From Eledone cirrhosa (lineage: Eukaryota), in assembly GCA_964016885.1 (NCBI GenBank), contig CAXHJY010000394.1, positions 1 to 64,000 of the forward strand: a stretch of DNA of 64,000 nucleotides, written 5' to 3'. Each line of letters opens with the position of its first letter. The stretch's first letter is position 1. Position numbers and translations under genes: made by a program. Below are positions 20,425 through 34,319 of the stretch, piece by piece. The notes beneath the pieces were generated by a model. The model did no database searches. It saw nothing but the letters and a program-made list of their open reading frames with translations, and was not told the DNA's origin.

Positions 20425-20428
<4 letters not shown>
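19881..20428. mobile_element. MITE-like DNA element in (TA)n
   Basis: Terminal tggcggactttgtc / gacaagtccgccactg; internal inverted ttttgaaagtaggtttata / tataaacctactttcaaaa. Confidence 0.55.
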
Positions 20429-20492
<64 letters not shown>

Positions 20493-21124
20493 GGATAGTC
20501 TATTATATAGACTCTATTACCTTTATGTTAATTTTTTCCATCGACCTCGGAAAGATGAAATGCTAGGTTGAGCTAGGACGGATAACGGATATGAATTTAG
20601 AATGCAAATTGCTGTTACTAAATGCCATAAAATATCTAATCCGAAATTTTAACAATTCTGTTAATTCATCACCTCAATAGTTCATATGTAATGATAGCTA
20701 AGAGTTAAAGGTGAATAGGTAGTAGAGTAACTGTGAGTGGGTACAGTAGGAATAGAAAAGCGGGAAAATATGATCTATTGACATCTTGATAAAAGAAAAT
20801 ATCCGCTTAGCTTTCATGTGCTTTCTCGCCTTCGTAGAAGTAATTTTGTCAAATTTCCCTCTAATCATCCCCTTCCGTCTTGAAGGATAATACACTCTTA
20901 GGTATATTATATCAGAAAACAAAAGAGTGAATGTTGACGACTATCATTTACGATGGAAGATCTGTTCAAACAAGTCTGACCTAGGGCTAAACAACAACAA
21001 CTGTCAACATGTTCTTTAGTTGTGCAGTACAGACGTCCCATTAGGCAAAGTATGTTAGGAAATTGACTCGGATCGTCTGATTTGACAGTGTATGACGTCA
21101 TTGATTTGTTATGTAGTTATATCT

Positions 21125-21390
21125 GCTGCGCGTCAGGCCGAAGAGGGCTAACTGTTCAAGTATAGGCCGCTCTTTGATAACTTTGTCGTAGAGCCTGTAT
21201 CAGTGAAAATATTCGCGTTCTTGGCCTCCGGACCACATCCCTGCTCCCTGCTATCGGAGCAGAGTTGGCTGCCTGCAGGAACGAGCTCCACGAAATGGAG
21301 TGGCTCTCCCAGCGCGTCTCCTTCACCGTTCCTCGGGGCAATGTATTCTCCATCCTGTCGGCCAGGACCAAGAGGTAGGAGGTACACTCA
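21125..21390 (+). mobile_element. CRE-type RLE 3' fragment (decayed)
   Basis: ARQAEEG*LFKYRPL..EPVSV..IGAELAACRNE..EWLSQRVSFTVPRGN, homologous to the 17.4-17.7 kb copy. Confidence 0.72.
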
Positions 21391-23089
21391 TTTGGACGTC
21401 ACACATATACACAAAATAGATAAAAAGAAAGAAACAATATTTGCAATATATAATTTACAAAGACCTAAGTTACCGACGTTCTATAATTTAGGTCCGAATG
21501 GAGTCAATGTTATACATTAAAAAATACATTTTAAATAATCACCAAAAAATTAACAAATATCCAAATTCCTTGGGTGTTTACAGGGTAGCTAACTACATCT
21601 AAACATATATCTCCAACGTCGCATCCACCCCCGTTGTTCGAGATTCAGAAAAAATAGAGGGAGTTGTAGTGGAATTTCTCTGTCATCTTCTAACTACGAG
21701 TATATGCAATAAAATATATGTATTTAACAACAGTCACTGGATGAAACTATATTCAAATGTGGATATTATATGCATTTCTATCTATGACTGTATTTAGCGT
21801 AGACGAATATTCTTATATCTGTAAAAACCCTATGCTTTATCTATGGAGCTGTGCATGCATGAAAAATTATGTCTGGGCTGAAGTAATCCTCAAGCATTAG
21901 ATGTAAACTAAATGCCCCTTAATTACTTCTGAAACTATGCGCAGTGTAGAAATTCTATAAGTACTATAAAATCAAAATATTAATTTTTAACATCATGACT
22001 CATCATAGTTTATAAAGAAATGTTTATTGCGTGTTTCGTTCTAAGTATAGATATGTTATCTGTGATTTTTATCTATATTCATAACAAAAAGGAAAATTTA
22101 TTTAAATTACTCAATTCCCCTAGTGTTATAATGGCAATCACACGAGGTATTTGGTAAAATATTTACTCGCCTCTGGTGTCAAGCTTGGGGATTCCTTACT
22201 CTATGCTCACGTGTTTTGCAGTCAAGAATGAGTAAATGAATAAATGAATAAATGTAGGTAATTGTAGAGGTGTGAATTAGTCTAGTAGCTATGTTTCTAA
22301 ACAACTATATCTTTGTTATTGTTCAAGATAACTATAGGAGTCTGGTTATTTCAGCAGTATACTTAAATTTATGCATCTCAGTTCGCGTAATTCTTAAACA
22401 TAGTTATTTGATCATTTCGAAACATTTTCTGTATAAATATATCTCATTTACTTCAGAAAGCAGTGAAACAATTTCCACATAACTTTGGGAAAGTTTATGT
22501 TTAGTTAAACATACAAACATATTGACGTGAGATTTGTTATGAATGTAGCAGTCATTGGTATTAAAAGGTTGGTAGCAAAGATGTGAATTACCCTTCATTA
22601 GATTCTCGTTACGTTTTTGTCAGCTAATGCAACCAGTATCAAGTTGTAATTTTCAAATTAAAATGTTCTATAATCCCACACACGACCATAAAGACGACAC
22701 GATTTGATTTTAATTCGTTTAATTTAATATTTCCTCTGACATTAGATATATATCTGTTAATTTGAGGAAGTAGCAAAATGCCTATAGCATTTCAATCCTT
22801 CCCGAAACCGGTGTCAGAATGATCTGACCGTCTTACTGCCAATACTATACAATTTAAATAGTAAGCGGATTGTGGGTTCAGAAGGAAATGTTAAAGCTAA
22901 ATAACTGTACAAACGTATAAGCCAGGTTTTATCACACAGATATTATTATGCCATAAGCCAGTAATTCTTCTACACACTTTCAGAAAAAATTGTTTATGAA
23001 ATATGCGTATATGATTCCATTATACACAATGTTTGGAAACGTTTTCTCAAAACAATCAAGAACAGGCCACATTACCTGTTAAAAACAGT

Positions 23090-23330
23090 GGCCTTATCCG
23101 GTCTCCGGTGTCCCTTGCTGACGAGCCCGTAGCAGCGGAGACTTGTGGTGTCATAGGCCCTAGGGCCACCCTATACTCACTACCATCGGCACAGAGTTGG
23201 GTACCTGCAGGTCTGAGTCTCGCAAGCTGGAATAGCTTTTCCGGCGCGTCTCCATCACCATCCTCCGAGGAAACGCCTTCTCTATTCTGTCAACGGGGTC
23301 GCGGGGCGGCCAGTGCGTCGCCTCCCCCCC
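23090..23330 (+). mobile_element. CRE-type RLE 3' fragment (decayed)
   Basis: EPVAAETCGVIGPRAT..TIGTEL..LFRRVSITILRGNAFSIL. Confidence 0.75.
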
Positions 23331-23346
23331 CTCCATTTGCTCATAA

Positions 23347-23533
23347 TAATTGTTTCTACTTTTGGCACAAGGCCAGCAATTACCCAGTGTATTACTGGTA
23401 CTTTATTATATCGACCTCGTAAGGATGAAAGGCAAAGTTAACCTCGGCGGGATTTGAACTCAAGTCATAAAGGGACGTAACTATGCTGCAAGACATGGCG
23501 TCCGACCCTCTACTGATACTGCCAAGCCACCTC
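23347..23533 (-). mobile_element. Full-length tRNA-derived SINE with TSD tttgctcataataat
   Basis: Family match; duplication at ~23336 and ~23535. Confidence 0.9.
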
Positions 23534-24598
23534 TTTGCTCATAATAATCAGAGATGGTGAGAGCGTGAGAGACAGAGGCAGTGACAGTGGGAGTTTGGTT
23601 CCATTGTGTTCGGACCTGGTGTATTTGTATATATTTATTCACCACACCATGCTGGTCAGTTTGATGACTGAACAGGCTTTTCCTTTTCTAGAGTCCTCCC
23701 ATGTATAGCCATACTCACCACGCTTGGCCAATCGCAGGATGGTGAGGATGGCCGTTGACTGTCCCAACGACAGAAAAAGCAAGGAAACTTGATATTCAAT
23801 GACTTTCAGGTCATCACATATAGTCTAGATGTACTCATCATACCACATCGCTTCAAGCACTATTTTCATACATTCATAGATTTCCTTTTACACAATTTCT
23901 AAAGTGACATTCAGTCATGTGACATCAAAATTACAACTTTAAGGATGAATTCAAAATACCAATTTTCATAAGAAAGCTTCAACAAACCATGTCACACTAA
24001 ATCAAACAGCGTGGGTATATCTGTAGACAAATACAGTAAATAAATTCCACAAATATGAGACATGTATGATATTAAGAACCACAAATATGTGTTGTTTATT
24101 AACATCTAATTGTACAAAGGACATTTCTGTCAGCATCATGACATTGAAAATTGGTTCACTGCAAATAGTGAAAATTAATCAAGTTTGCTGCTTTTTATTT
24201 ATTGAAGATACCTAAATCATGACTTTTGTTTTCAGTTTTGCAGTTGCATTTAATTTAAATGACATAGCAAATCTTTGTTTTCAAAGTTATGTCAAGCTTC
24301 AGACATGAGTCTGCATTTCTATCCTTAGAAATGGTGACAAAAACGGAAATGTTGAAAAATGAACTTATGACTTTATGAAAAATTTTGACGTGATTGAGCA
24401 AAATGCATTTTATTTTTGAAATCAGCACCCAAACATCACTAGGGAAAATGTCTCCAACACCAGACAACAGATACCATGTTCTCTAGGGTAATTCATTGAC
24501 CTTCTAAAACATTCTTCTATCATTGAGTGTTGATCGGTCTAACTCAGATAAATCAATTCGTGTTGTTTCCGAGTATAAACGGCATCGACAATTTCCCA

Positions 24599-24673
<75 letters not shown>

Positions 24674-24678
<5 letters not shown>

Positions 24679-24822
24679 ATGAAAGGCAAAGTTAACCTCG
24701 ATGGTCTGAGTTCAAATCCCGCCGAGGTTAACTTTGCCTTTCATCCTTACGGGTCGATGAAATAAAGTACCAGTAATGCACTGATATAATTGCTGGCCTT
24801 GTGCCAAAAGTAGAAATAATTA
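24674..24822 (+). mobile_element. 5'-truncated SINE with a 27-bp inverted 5' segment, inside (TA)n
   Basis: 24674-24700 is the reverse complement of 24723-24749. Confidence 0.85.
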
Positions 24823-24840
24823 TATATATATATATATATT

Positions 24841-25961
24841 GAAGAGTTAAACAAAATTCAATGAGTATATCAAAGAATGAGTTTTACAATAGATTGGAAG
24901 CACTCTACGAAAAAATTATTTTCCGGAGTTATTAATATTAGAAAATAAATATTAATAAAATAGATGTTCTTTTGATCAATTACATTTTATTATACATATT
25001 TCGGATGTACAACAGGACGTCCTCATCAGACAAAATATAATGATACATGACATACCCTGAGATGTTAAATGGTTAAGATTTAATCAAGGTAGTGATTAAC
25101 CTAAGAGAAAATTTAACATTTATACCGTAATAATGAGAAAATGCGAAAACGTAATAAATTCAATAGAGAATGTGTGAGTAAGAAAAACGTTGCTTAATGT
25201 ACCAGTTATCGAGATTTTAATATGTATGATACTACAATTTATCTAGGAAAGCATTTCATGAATTATAACAGTCAGTGAGAGAGAGGGAAAGATGAGGGGG
25301 GTTATGTATGCAGAAGGAGATTTTTTCCGAAAGTTAAACGGTTAAGTTTGAAAATATTTAATTTATGTTATCTTAGGGTGAAGAATCAAGATTTTAGGGT
25401 TTTTTTTTAAATTGGTGGTTATTTATATATTTAGTTTTGTAAATTCTATAAGTGTGTTAACATTTCTAAGCTTCTGAATTTTTGAGGATAACATTTAAAT
25501 GATTTAGCTGGCCATTAATAAGAAAAGTTTACACTGTTGAATATTTTCCTAAATGTAATCTTTAATGAAGTTAATCATTGTCAACGTATTAGGTATGTAA
25601 AGCTTTTGAAGTATTTATTGTTAGAAATATTTAAATAATGGTTATGTATATAGATATATGTTAATTAATGAGCCAGTATATTTTAGGTAAATGATAATGA
25701 AAATAAAAATAAAATAATAGATTGAGGCATCTTAAAGTTAAATATATACCCGTATATAACCGTGTGTAAATGTATTAATTATTCCTAGCTCAAAGTAAAA
25801 ACAATCAACAAATTTAGAAGTTAACTGAAAATTATGCACATGAAGATACAGGGAGTTATATATGGATATATCTTATATTAGGTATTAGTGATACAGTATA
25901 CTTTAGGTAAATGGTAACGGTTATAATTTTATATAATAAAGTTCTACATGTTAAAGTTAAA

Positions 25962-25997
<36 letters not shown>

Positions 25998-26643
25998 AAA
26001 AACAATAATAAATGCATGGATAATTCATAGTTCAAAATAATGTTTATAATAATTTGTAATTTGGATATTTGCTCTATATTTGAATCATGGATATAAGAAT
26101 GCGGTAGGTATATTTAAAAACATAGAAAATATAATTACATACATATTATAAATAAGAGATCAGAAACGCATGAAAAATTCACAGTTATAAATAAGTTCAG
26201 TAAAGATGTAAGGGTTGGATATAGAACTCAGATTTAAAACTTAAGTAGGAAGATAAGGATAGAGAAATAAATTACCCCCCTCATCTTTCTCTCTCTCTCA
26301 CTGACTGTTATAATTCATAAAATGCTTTTCTAGATAAATTGTAGTATCATACATATTAAAATCTCGATAACTGGTACATTAAGCAACGTTTTTCTTACTC
26401 ACACATTCTCTATTGAATTTATTACGTTTTCGCATTTTCTCATTATTACGGTATAAATGTTAAATTTTCTCTTAGGTTAATCACTACCTTGATTAAATCT
26501 TAACCATTTAACATCTCAGGGTATGTCATGTATTATTATATTTTGTCTGATGAGGACGTCCTGTTGTACATCCGAAATATGTATAATAAAATGTAATTGA
26601 TCAAAAGAACATCTATTTTATTAATATTTATTTTCTAATATTA
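24841..26643. mobile_element. PLE-type inverted-repeat element (arms ~24931-25302 / ~26276-26643), no ORF
   Basis: ~370-bp inverted repeat with an HHR in both arms; AT-rich spacer. Confidence 0.78.
26535..26597 (+). ncRNA. Type-I hammerhead ribozyme (mirror copy 24979-25041 on minus)
   Basis: attatattttgt-CTGATGA-ggacgt(cctgttgt)acatcc-GAAA-tatgta-TA-ataaaatgtaat; 12-bp stem I with G-U pairs. Confidence 0.87.
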
Positions 26644-26744
26644 TGAATGCCAGTTATTACAACGGTGCCATACCAGGTAGATACGTTTCGTTAGCCCTGA
26701 GGACCAACTTGTTCAACCTGTGCCGATGAAAATGAAACGGAATT

Positions 26745-29680
26745 ATTTAGAGCTGCGTTGTAATATTCTGCGTTGTTATCGAATATTTCCTTACTTGCGG
26801 TTATCGAATATTTCCTTACTTGCTCAGTATAGAACTAGACCCAAATAAAAAGGTAGTTAACTTCCTAGACACCACCCTAAACCTGAACACCGAACAATAC
26901 TACCCCTACCACAAGCCCAACGAGAAACTCGTGTATGTTAACGCCAAGTCAAACCACCCTAGATCCATAACCAAGGCCGTGGTGAAGAGTGTCTCGGATA
27001 GGATCTCCAGCCTGTCCGCAAGTTAGGAAATATTCGATAACAATGCGGAATATTACAACGCAACTCTAAATAAGGCGGCACATGGCCAAAATATAACATA
27101 TAGTACGAAATGCCGGGATGGGGATGGCCCAACGGACACCCACACCCGCATTGTCCGGGGGGGGGGGGACCCTAACAATACAGGCAGAACAGAAACAAAT
27201 AGGCAACATGAACCCGACACCACCACACGGGCGTTGGTGACGAGTACGCTTAACCATGAGATGAAACCCAATATGAGTAGTAGTCTCAGGTGATGCTAAC
27301 CACCCCAGGCCCGACGACCCCAACCACAGGACACGTGGGGGGGATGGGGCGGGAACGGAGGACCGCCCCACGGTAGATCTCCCAGCGTGGGCAACGACCA
27401 CCCCACAGATTCGGGCCGTGAAGATAGCCAAACGCATAGCGCCCGAAGGGGAAGCAACAATGCGGGAACCACCAGCAACCCAACAAATCTCCAACAACTC
27501 ACGACGCCCCCGACCCACAAATATAGAAGGAGACACAGAAAAATCACCTGGTACAACCCACCCTACTCAGCGGCCCTAAAGAACAGCTTGGCTTGATCAT
27601 TCTTTGGAGCACTTGATAAATACTTCCCAAGGGACCATAGATACCACAAGATCTTCAACAGACACACTGTGAAGCACTCGTATTCCGCCACGAGAAATCT
27701 GGCCCAACAAATAGCTAGCATCAACAGGAGTAGACTTAAAAACCACACACAACCAGAAGATGGCAATACAAGCACTCAGCAGAACCATGTGAAAGGAGGG
27801 AAGGGGGGACCCAGTGCCCACCCAAGAAACCCAAACAGACCCGGGGACCCCCCACCGTGCCTGGGGGAAGACAACCATGTAACACCTAACGGGAATCCCA
27901 ATCTAGGCACGCAGAGGTCGACCACCCTCTGCAACTGCAGAAACCCCGAATCATGCCCCCTTAGTAATGAATGCCTTAAGAAGAACCTAGTATACGGTTG
28001 TAGGGTTAAAACCCCCAACTCCGAACACCTCTACATAGGAGCCACATCAACGAGCTTTAAAGACCGCTGGTATAACCATCGTCATTCCTTCAATAAGGAG
28101 GCCAAAAGGAAAAGTACGGCTCTCTCCGACCTGATCTGGAAGCTTAAGCTGGACAGGACCCCCGTACTATCTGGCCTGGTACATAATCAGGAAAGTACCA
28201 CCCGATAAAGGGGGATCTTGCATATGCAAACTATGTCTCAACGAGACCCTAGAGATACTAAGAGGTGGAAGCGGCCTGATAAACCTCAGAACCGACTTCT
28301 TCGGGACATGCAGACACCTCAGGGCCGGGACCTCCCTCAAGCTATATGGATAGTAACAACATCATAGGTTGGGAACTCCCCTCAAACCATAGGGACTAAC
28401 CCAGGCTGAGAAGACACCATGATAGCCTAGAGATTGATTCTGACACAGCCTTTATAATTTGACCAACATCTTTATAACACACACACATTTTAATTTACTT
28501 GATTTTTGATTTCTCATTATTCATTTGTTATTTGTTTTCTGTTTTCTTCAATTTATATTTATATTTAAGTTGAGATTGGTTATAACAGACACACATTTTA
28601 TTTGATTATCCTATTTCCTTTTATTCTTTTACCATTTTGTTCCTCCTACCACTCTATCCAACATATTTCTGACCTTGAGATTGCTTATAGCACACACACA
28701 TTTTATCTTATTTTATTTGAATCTTCATTTTTATTTTTCACTTTTCATCTTCATTTTTCATTTTCCATATTCATTCTTCATTACTTTTTCATTAATTTTT
28801 CATTTATTCTCTATTTATTATTTATTTTCTGTTTTCTTCATTTCATTTCATTTTATTGCCTTCTATTTCTTCATATACATGGCAACCCCCCCCCCCCCCC
28901 CCTCCACCACCACCACGGGAGATGGTGGCAGGAGGGATGAAGAAACACACACACAGATACTTCTAAATTGTCAGCAGCAGCAAGAAATAAGCTGACCACA
29001 ACACCAACACTACCAAAATAAGGGTAGAGGTCAGATGTACTTAACAATAGCAAACACAAACACTACAGGGAGCCTCACCCCAGAAAGAATTTCTATAGAC
29101 TTTGGACTTAGGAATGCTCTCAAAACTGACCAATGGGAAGTTTGACCTTACAAATCTTTATAACATTGAGATGGGTATAACACACACACACACACATTTT
29201 ATTCGATTATTTTATTTTATTTTGTTCCTTTACCATCTTATTCCTTCTACCACTTTATCACTTTTTTTTTAGCTGACTCCAACAACAACACCACTACAAA
29301 CATAAGAATAGAGGTCAGATGTACCTAACAATAACAAGAACAACAACTACAGATTGGCTTGCCTCAGAACGAATTTTTATAGACTTTTGACTGAGGAATG
29401 TTCTAACAACTGACCAATGAGAGGAGAAGAGGCCCTTTGACACTGAAATTCGTTTGTTTAAATTCACATGATTCCAGTTCTTCAGTGAAATAACAACCCA
29501 ACCAGGAACTGGGCATATCAGAGTATTGAAAAAGTTATACACCTCAACAACATGTGTAATCGTCTCTACCACACTAATTCGGACTGCCTGAAGAGATCAC
29601 AGCCAAAGATGGCTGTCACCGAAATATATATAGCAGTAATAAACGAAGCCAAATTTTAAACATTTGACTTATTTATTTAT
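26745..29680 (+). mobile_element. 5'-truncated Penelope-like element (RT thumb, Cys linker, GIY-YIG; disrupted ORF ~26820-28350) with 5' inversion and long 3' region
   Basis: VNFLDTTL..PYHKPNE..YVNAKSNHP; ITWYNPPYS; KIFNRHTVKHSYS; CNCRNPESCPLSNEC..LVY..LYIGATSTSFKDRWYNHRHSF. ~26745-26800 is an inverted copy of ~27017-27073. Confidence 0.9.
29583..29637 (+). ncRNA. Type-I hammerhead ribozyme
   Basis: actgc-CTGAAGA-gatc acagcca(aaga)tggctgt cacc-GAAA-tatata-TA-gcagt. Confidence 0.85.
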
Positions 29681-29866
29681 TATATATATATATACATATC
29701 ACGCATGGCCCAGGGGACGACTGATTAGGAAGATAGGGGCTGTTGTTCATTTATCATACGTATTTCGCTTTTTTTTTTATTCGTGTGCAAATTTGATTAA
29801 ATATTTTTCTCACGTTTGTAAATGGAAACACGTATAATGTGTGTGTTTACACGTATGCTTGTATTT

Positions 29867-29908
<42 letters not shown>

Positions 29909-29914
29909 TGGTGG

Positions 29915-29945
<31 letters not shown>

Positions 29946-30071
29946 GGTATGTGTACGTGTGCAGGTGAGTTTTGACAAAGAAATTTACGTTTGTAGAAGC
30001 GGATAACTGTGCGTCCTCGTAGAAGTGGGATAGGGAATGTATTTAAATAACATTTAAACGTTTCTAGTTAA

Positions 30072-30196
30072 TATGCCGATACATCTATTGTGTTTATTAG
30101 CTTTTATTAGGTTTTATATGCCGATACATTTATTGTGTTTATTAGCTTTTATTAGCTTTTATATGCCGATACATTTATTGTATTTATTAGCTTTTG
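30072..30196. repeat. 45-bp minisatellite, ~2.7 copies
   Basis: tatgccgatacatttattgtgtttattagcttttattagctttta repeated. Confidence 0.85.
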
Positions 30197-31189
30197 ACAT
30201 TTCTGTTATAATATATATGCGCATGTGTATATACTACAATAAGAGGAATACTCAACATTCCAGTTTTACTTTACCATATAACACAATGAAATATTATGAT
30301 AAATTTTCTAATCACCATACGATATGACGTATAAACATAATTTACATAACTTCGAGATTAAAAACATAGGCTATGTCTAAAGTTTTGGCAGTATGCAGTT
30401 GTTATTCTGCATTACATAATTTTAATTGACAGCATATCTTCGTGACAACTTAAATAACAAAGGTGAAACAAGGGCAAGTAAATACGTAAAGTATGAAGAG
30501 ACAAACGAAAAACAACAAACAAAACAAACAGAAAAAATAGAACTGTTGTAGCTATAAGATCTAGGGAAAAGATTATTATGGACTCAGACTACTGGCTGCT
30601 GTGAACTGACACGGAACATCAACGGTCAACATGTTAAACAATAAGGTCATGTTTCTAATTATGTTTTGTCATGTCGTATGGTGCAACACGGCATTGGCTT
30701 ATAAGTGTAAACATGACCAGTTCGGTAAAATATGTTAGAATTGCCTGTAGGAACTACTGAATGATTTGGTGTGTGTGTGTGTGTGTATGTGTGTGTGCGT
30801 ATGTGTGTGTGGGTGTGGGTTTGTGTGTGTGTGTATGTGTGGGTGGGTGTTTTTATGCCTATGTGTGTGTTTTGTGTGGGTTTGTTCGTGTGTAGGTGTG
30901 TATGTGTGCTTGTGTATATGTGCGAGTGTGTGAGTTTGTGTGTGTATGTGTTTGTATCTATGCGTGTGTGTGTATGTGTGTGTGTGCGCGCATGTGTGTG
31001 TGAGTGTGTGCATGGGTTTGTGTGTAGTATGTCTGTATGTGTGGAGGAATGGTTTCCATTGATTACGATAAAATACAGAGCAACAATCGTTTTCTACTTA
31101 GGAAGAGTGAAGAAGAAATTAATACCTCTGGCTCTCTCTCTCCCACACACAGATACACACATGCATACATACACCCATACATACATACA

Positions 31190-31660
31190 TGAAAAGGAGA
31201 ATATTTATGCAGAACTGTTGAGAAATCTGCAGATACTCCACCCTGATTACACCTTCAGATTTATGCCTGTGATTATTGGGACACTGGGATATGTTAGTAA
31301 CTGCCTCAATACAAATCTTGAGAAGCTAGGTGTCACAGGAACAGAAAGAACACAACTAGTTAGGAAATTACAAGTACAATCCATTAATGGAACAGTAAAA
31401 ATATGTAAGACATTCCAAAGATTTTGCATCTAATAACTGCATATACACATGTACAGATACAAAGCATATGCACATGCACACATGCAACTCAAAAGATACA
31501 CATCCACACATACAATAACATCCATATCTACACATGCATGCATACATATCTACCTAGTTGATGTTGTGTAAATTCCAATGAGAGAGTCTTGTGTCTATGT
31601 TAGAAACCGACTCTCTCTATATTGGTAAAACTTTGTGAAATTATAAAACTAGAAGAACAT
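31190..31660 (+). mobile_element. R4/Dong-type non-LTR retrotransposon 3' end (RLE C-terminus plus 3' UTR) between (CATA)n repeats
   Basis: EKENIYAELLRNLQILHPDYTFRFMPVIIGTLG..RKLQVQSINGTVKICKTF; 3' UTR hairpin gagagagtc..gactctctc. Confidence 0.72.
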
Positions 31661-31920
31661 ACATACACACATACATACATACGTACATACGTACGTACGT
31701 ACATACCAGCGTGCGTATTTGTGTACGTGTGTATGTGTGCATATGTGTATGAGGAGAGTATATTATCTGACTTAATACTTTACCTAAAGTAAAAAAGAAA
31801 ATTAAGCGTTCCAAGAGAAGGAAGGCAAATATTTCAAGTAATGTCATTCCTACAATACAACAAATCTTATGTAACGAAGAAAACAAACCATTTAAACTAT
31901 CTACTTAAAATGAGGAAAAA

Positions 31921-32108
31921 TAACTGTTTCTACTTTAGGCACAAGGCCAGCAATTACCCAGTGCATTACTGGTACTTTATCTTATCGACCCCGTAAGGAT
32001 GAAAGGCTAAGTCAACCTCGGCGGGATTTGAACTCAGATCGTAAAGGGACGTAACTATGCTGGAAAGCATGGCGTCCGACCCTCTACCGATACTGCCAAT
32101 CCACCGCC
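31921..32108 (-). mobile_element. Full-length tRNA-derived SINE, TSD ggaaaaataac
   Basis: Family match; duplicated flank. Confidence 0.9.
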
Positions 32109-32259
32109 CAATGGAAAAATAACATTGAAGAAGAAGAAGAATTATAGAAATTCTATATAGAAACCATGCCTGTAAAAACACAGAAATAAGGTTTGAAGAA
32201 CGAGATGCATCTGAAAGCCATACCCCGCCCCGCTAAAACAGAATTTAATATTGTGGGAT

Positions 32260-32560
32260 CTATAACAAACTTTTCCCTTTTGTCATAATCAACCGCATCC
32301 TTCCTCACTAACTTTCCTTTTATCTCTTATCAGCTATAGCTGTCTTTCTTGGTATTTCACATTCATTTCCATTACTTGTCTCATCCAGTATCTTTTATGT
32401 ATCCTCAAAACATGGACCAACCAACGTATTCCATTTCCTTTCACAACATTCACCACTGGCTGTATTCCCATCATTATCTACAATTCATTGTTTGTCTCTC
32501 CGACTCTGACCGATACCGAATGAAAATAATGCCTTAAACAGATTTTGTTGATTACAAAAG
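32260..32560 (-). mobile_element. Possible highly decayed RTE-type ORF 3' end
   Basis: Weak resemblance on minus to RTE C-terminal motifs (RW.GHV, PRKT). Confidence 0.35.
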
Positions 32561-32973
32561 AATATCATTGTTTGCCATAAGTAATTTTCTTACTGCAGAC
32601 CCTCAAGTGATAAAAAAATAAATGGTTTATGGAAAATTAAAGACTTTTCACTACTCAGCTGCCATATATGCAAATGGATGGGCTACATGTTTTCATTGAT
32701 ATACCCTCAACGTAAATTTCAGTATACGATAATGTGACAATGCTGGGTTTTGAATTGTAGGCAAAAAGAAATAATAATTGACGCTACTATATTTTTCAAA
32801 CCCAAACAGACGAAAGAGAAAGCTAGCCATTTAAGTAATATCTTATTCAAATATTATTTATAACTCTCTGCATTGTGGTGGCATTTCAAAAAAGCTAACA
32901 TATTTTCAAATTACCTCAAAGCTCACCTCCCACCCCCTCTCTCCTTATATATATGTGTGTGTTTTAGAGCGAG

Positions 32974-33020
<47 letters not shown>

Positions 33021-34036
33021 AAAATAAGTATTATTTTTGAAACTGAAAACACTCGACTAGTTAATCCTGTTCTCCGCATAACACTCATCAAATTAAGCTT
33101 AGTTTGACAAGTGCTAACGTTCAGTGTATCGGCGTAAACTAAAGTCACTAATCAACATAACATATGTTTTTCATATATCATCAGGTATCGTCTCTTCGTA
33201 ACATACAAACTGCTTCGACAGAGCTGAGAATTACCCCCGAAATACTTCGAACAGTTTGAATTATCACTATGTTCAAATAGACACAAGGGGGTTAGCAATG
33301 AAACCCCACCAAGAACGTATTTTTTCCCAGCCGCATCGCTCGGAACCAAAATCACGAAAGCTTATATTAAATGAATCAAGCATTCATTTACAACTTACAA
33401 TTTAGGATGTGATTCTTTCACTACTTGTAATCGCACAAATGTTTTGGAATACGCCCAATATGTTTAGTAAATGTATGACCACTATTAAATTCTTTGAAAT
33501 ATCATATGGAAATCTATTTTAGAGCAGTTCGGTGGTTGAACTCTTTTGTCTGACATTTCTAGCTAATACCTATAAATAACCTGCGTACATTTCAGGTCAC
33601 GTTCAATATTATAGGAAAATAACAGAATGCAGTTGAATTTAACAAAACAACATGACTCTTCATTATTATATAAGTAAAGTGTATGGTTACACTGGAACTA
33701 AAAAAGGGAATTCTAAAATGACTGTACACAATTGCCGAGTAGAGAGTGCGGAAATGGATACAAAATAATATGATACAGATTTTACATACATGCGTGTCTG
33801 TACATCACCTTTAGCGAAATGTGGTTTGTCTGCTTGTTTCTTTTTATGTTAGTTGCTAGTTTGAGAAGCAATATATGTTCCCAACAGTTACCACTGAAAT
33901 AGTTTGTAATTCCTACTCGTTGATGACAAAGAAACACATTTTGTCAGCATGACATTTTGTTTCTCATTCTTGTTGATTAGTATGTGTTCCAAAATTTGAT
34001 TTGGTAGAAGGAAAATAGAAAAAACACGTATAAGTA

Positions 34037-34120
<84 letters not shown>

Positions 34121-34267
34121 CGTGTGTGTGTGCATGTATATATATATATATATATATCTTTATTATTAGTACAGATTGGAGTTTAAGCTAAACATTTCTG
34201 CTTTCTTCTTAAATATACAATCCTTATCGAGCCCTCTTCGGATTTTGGACTTAGTATTTATTATTAC

Positions 34268-34319
<52 letters not shown>

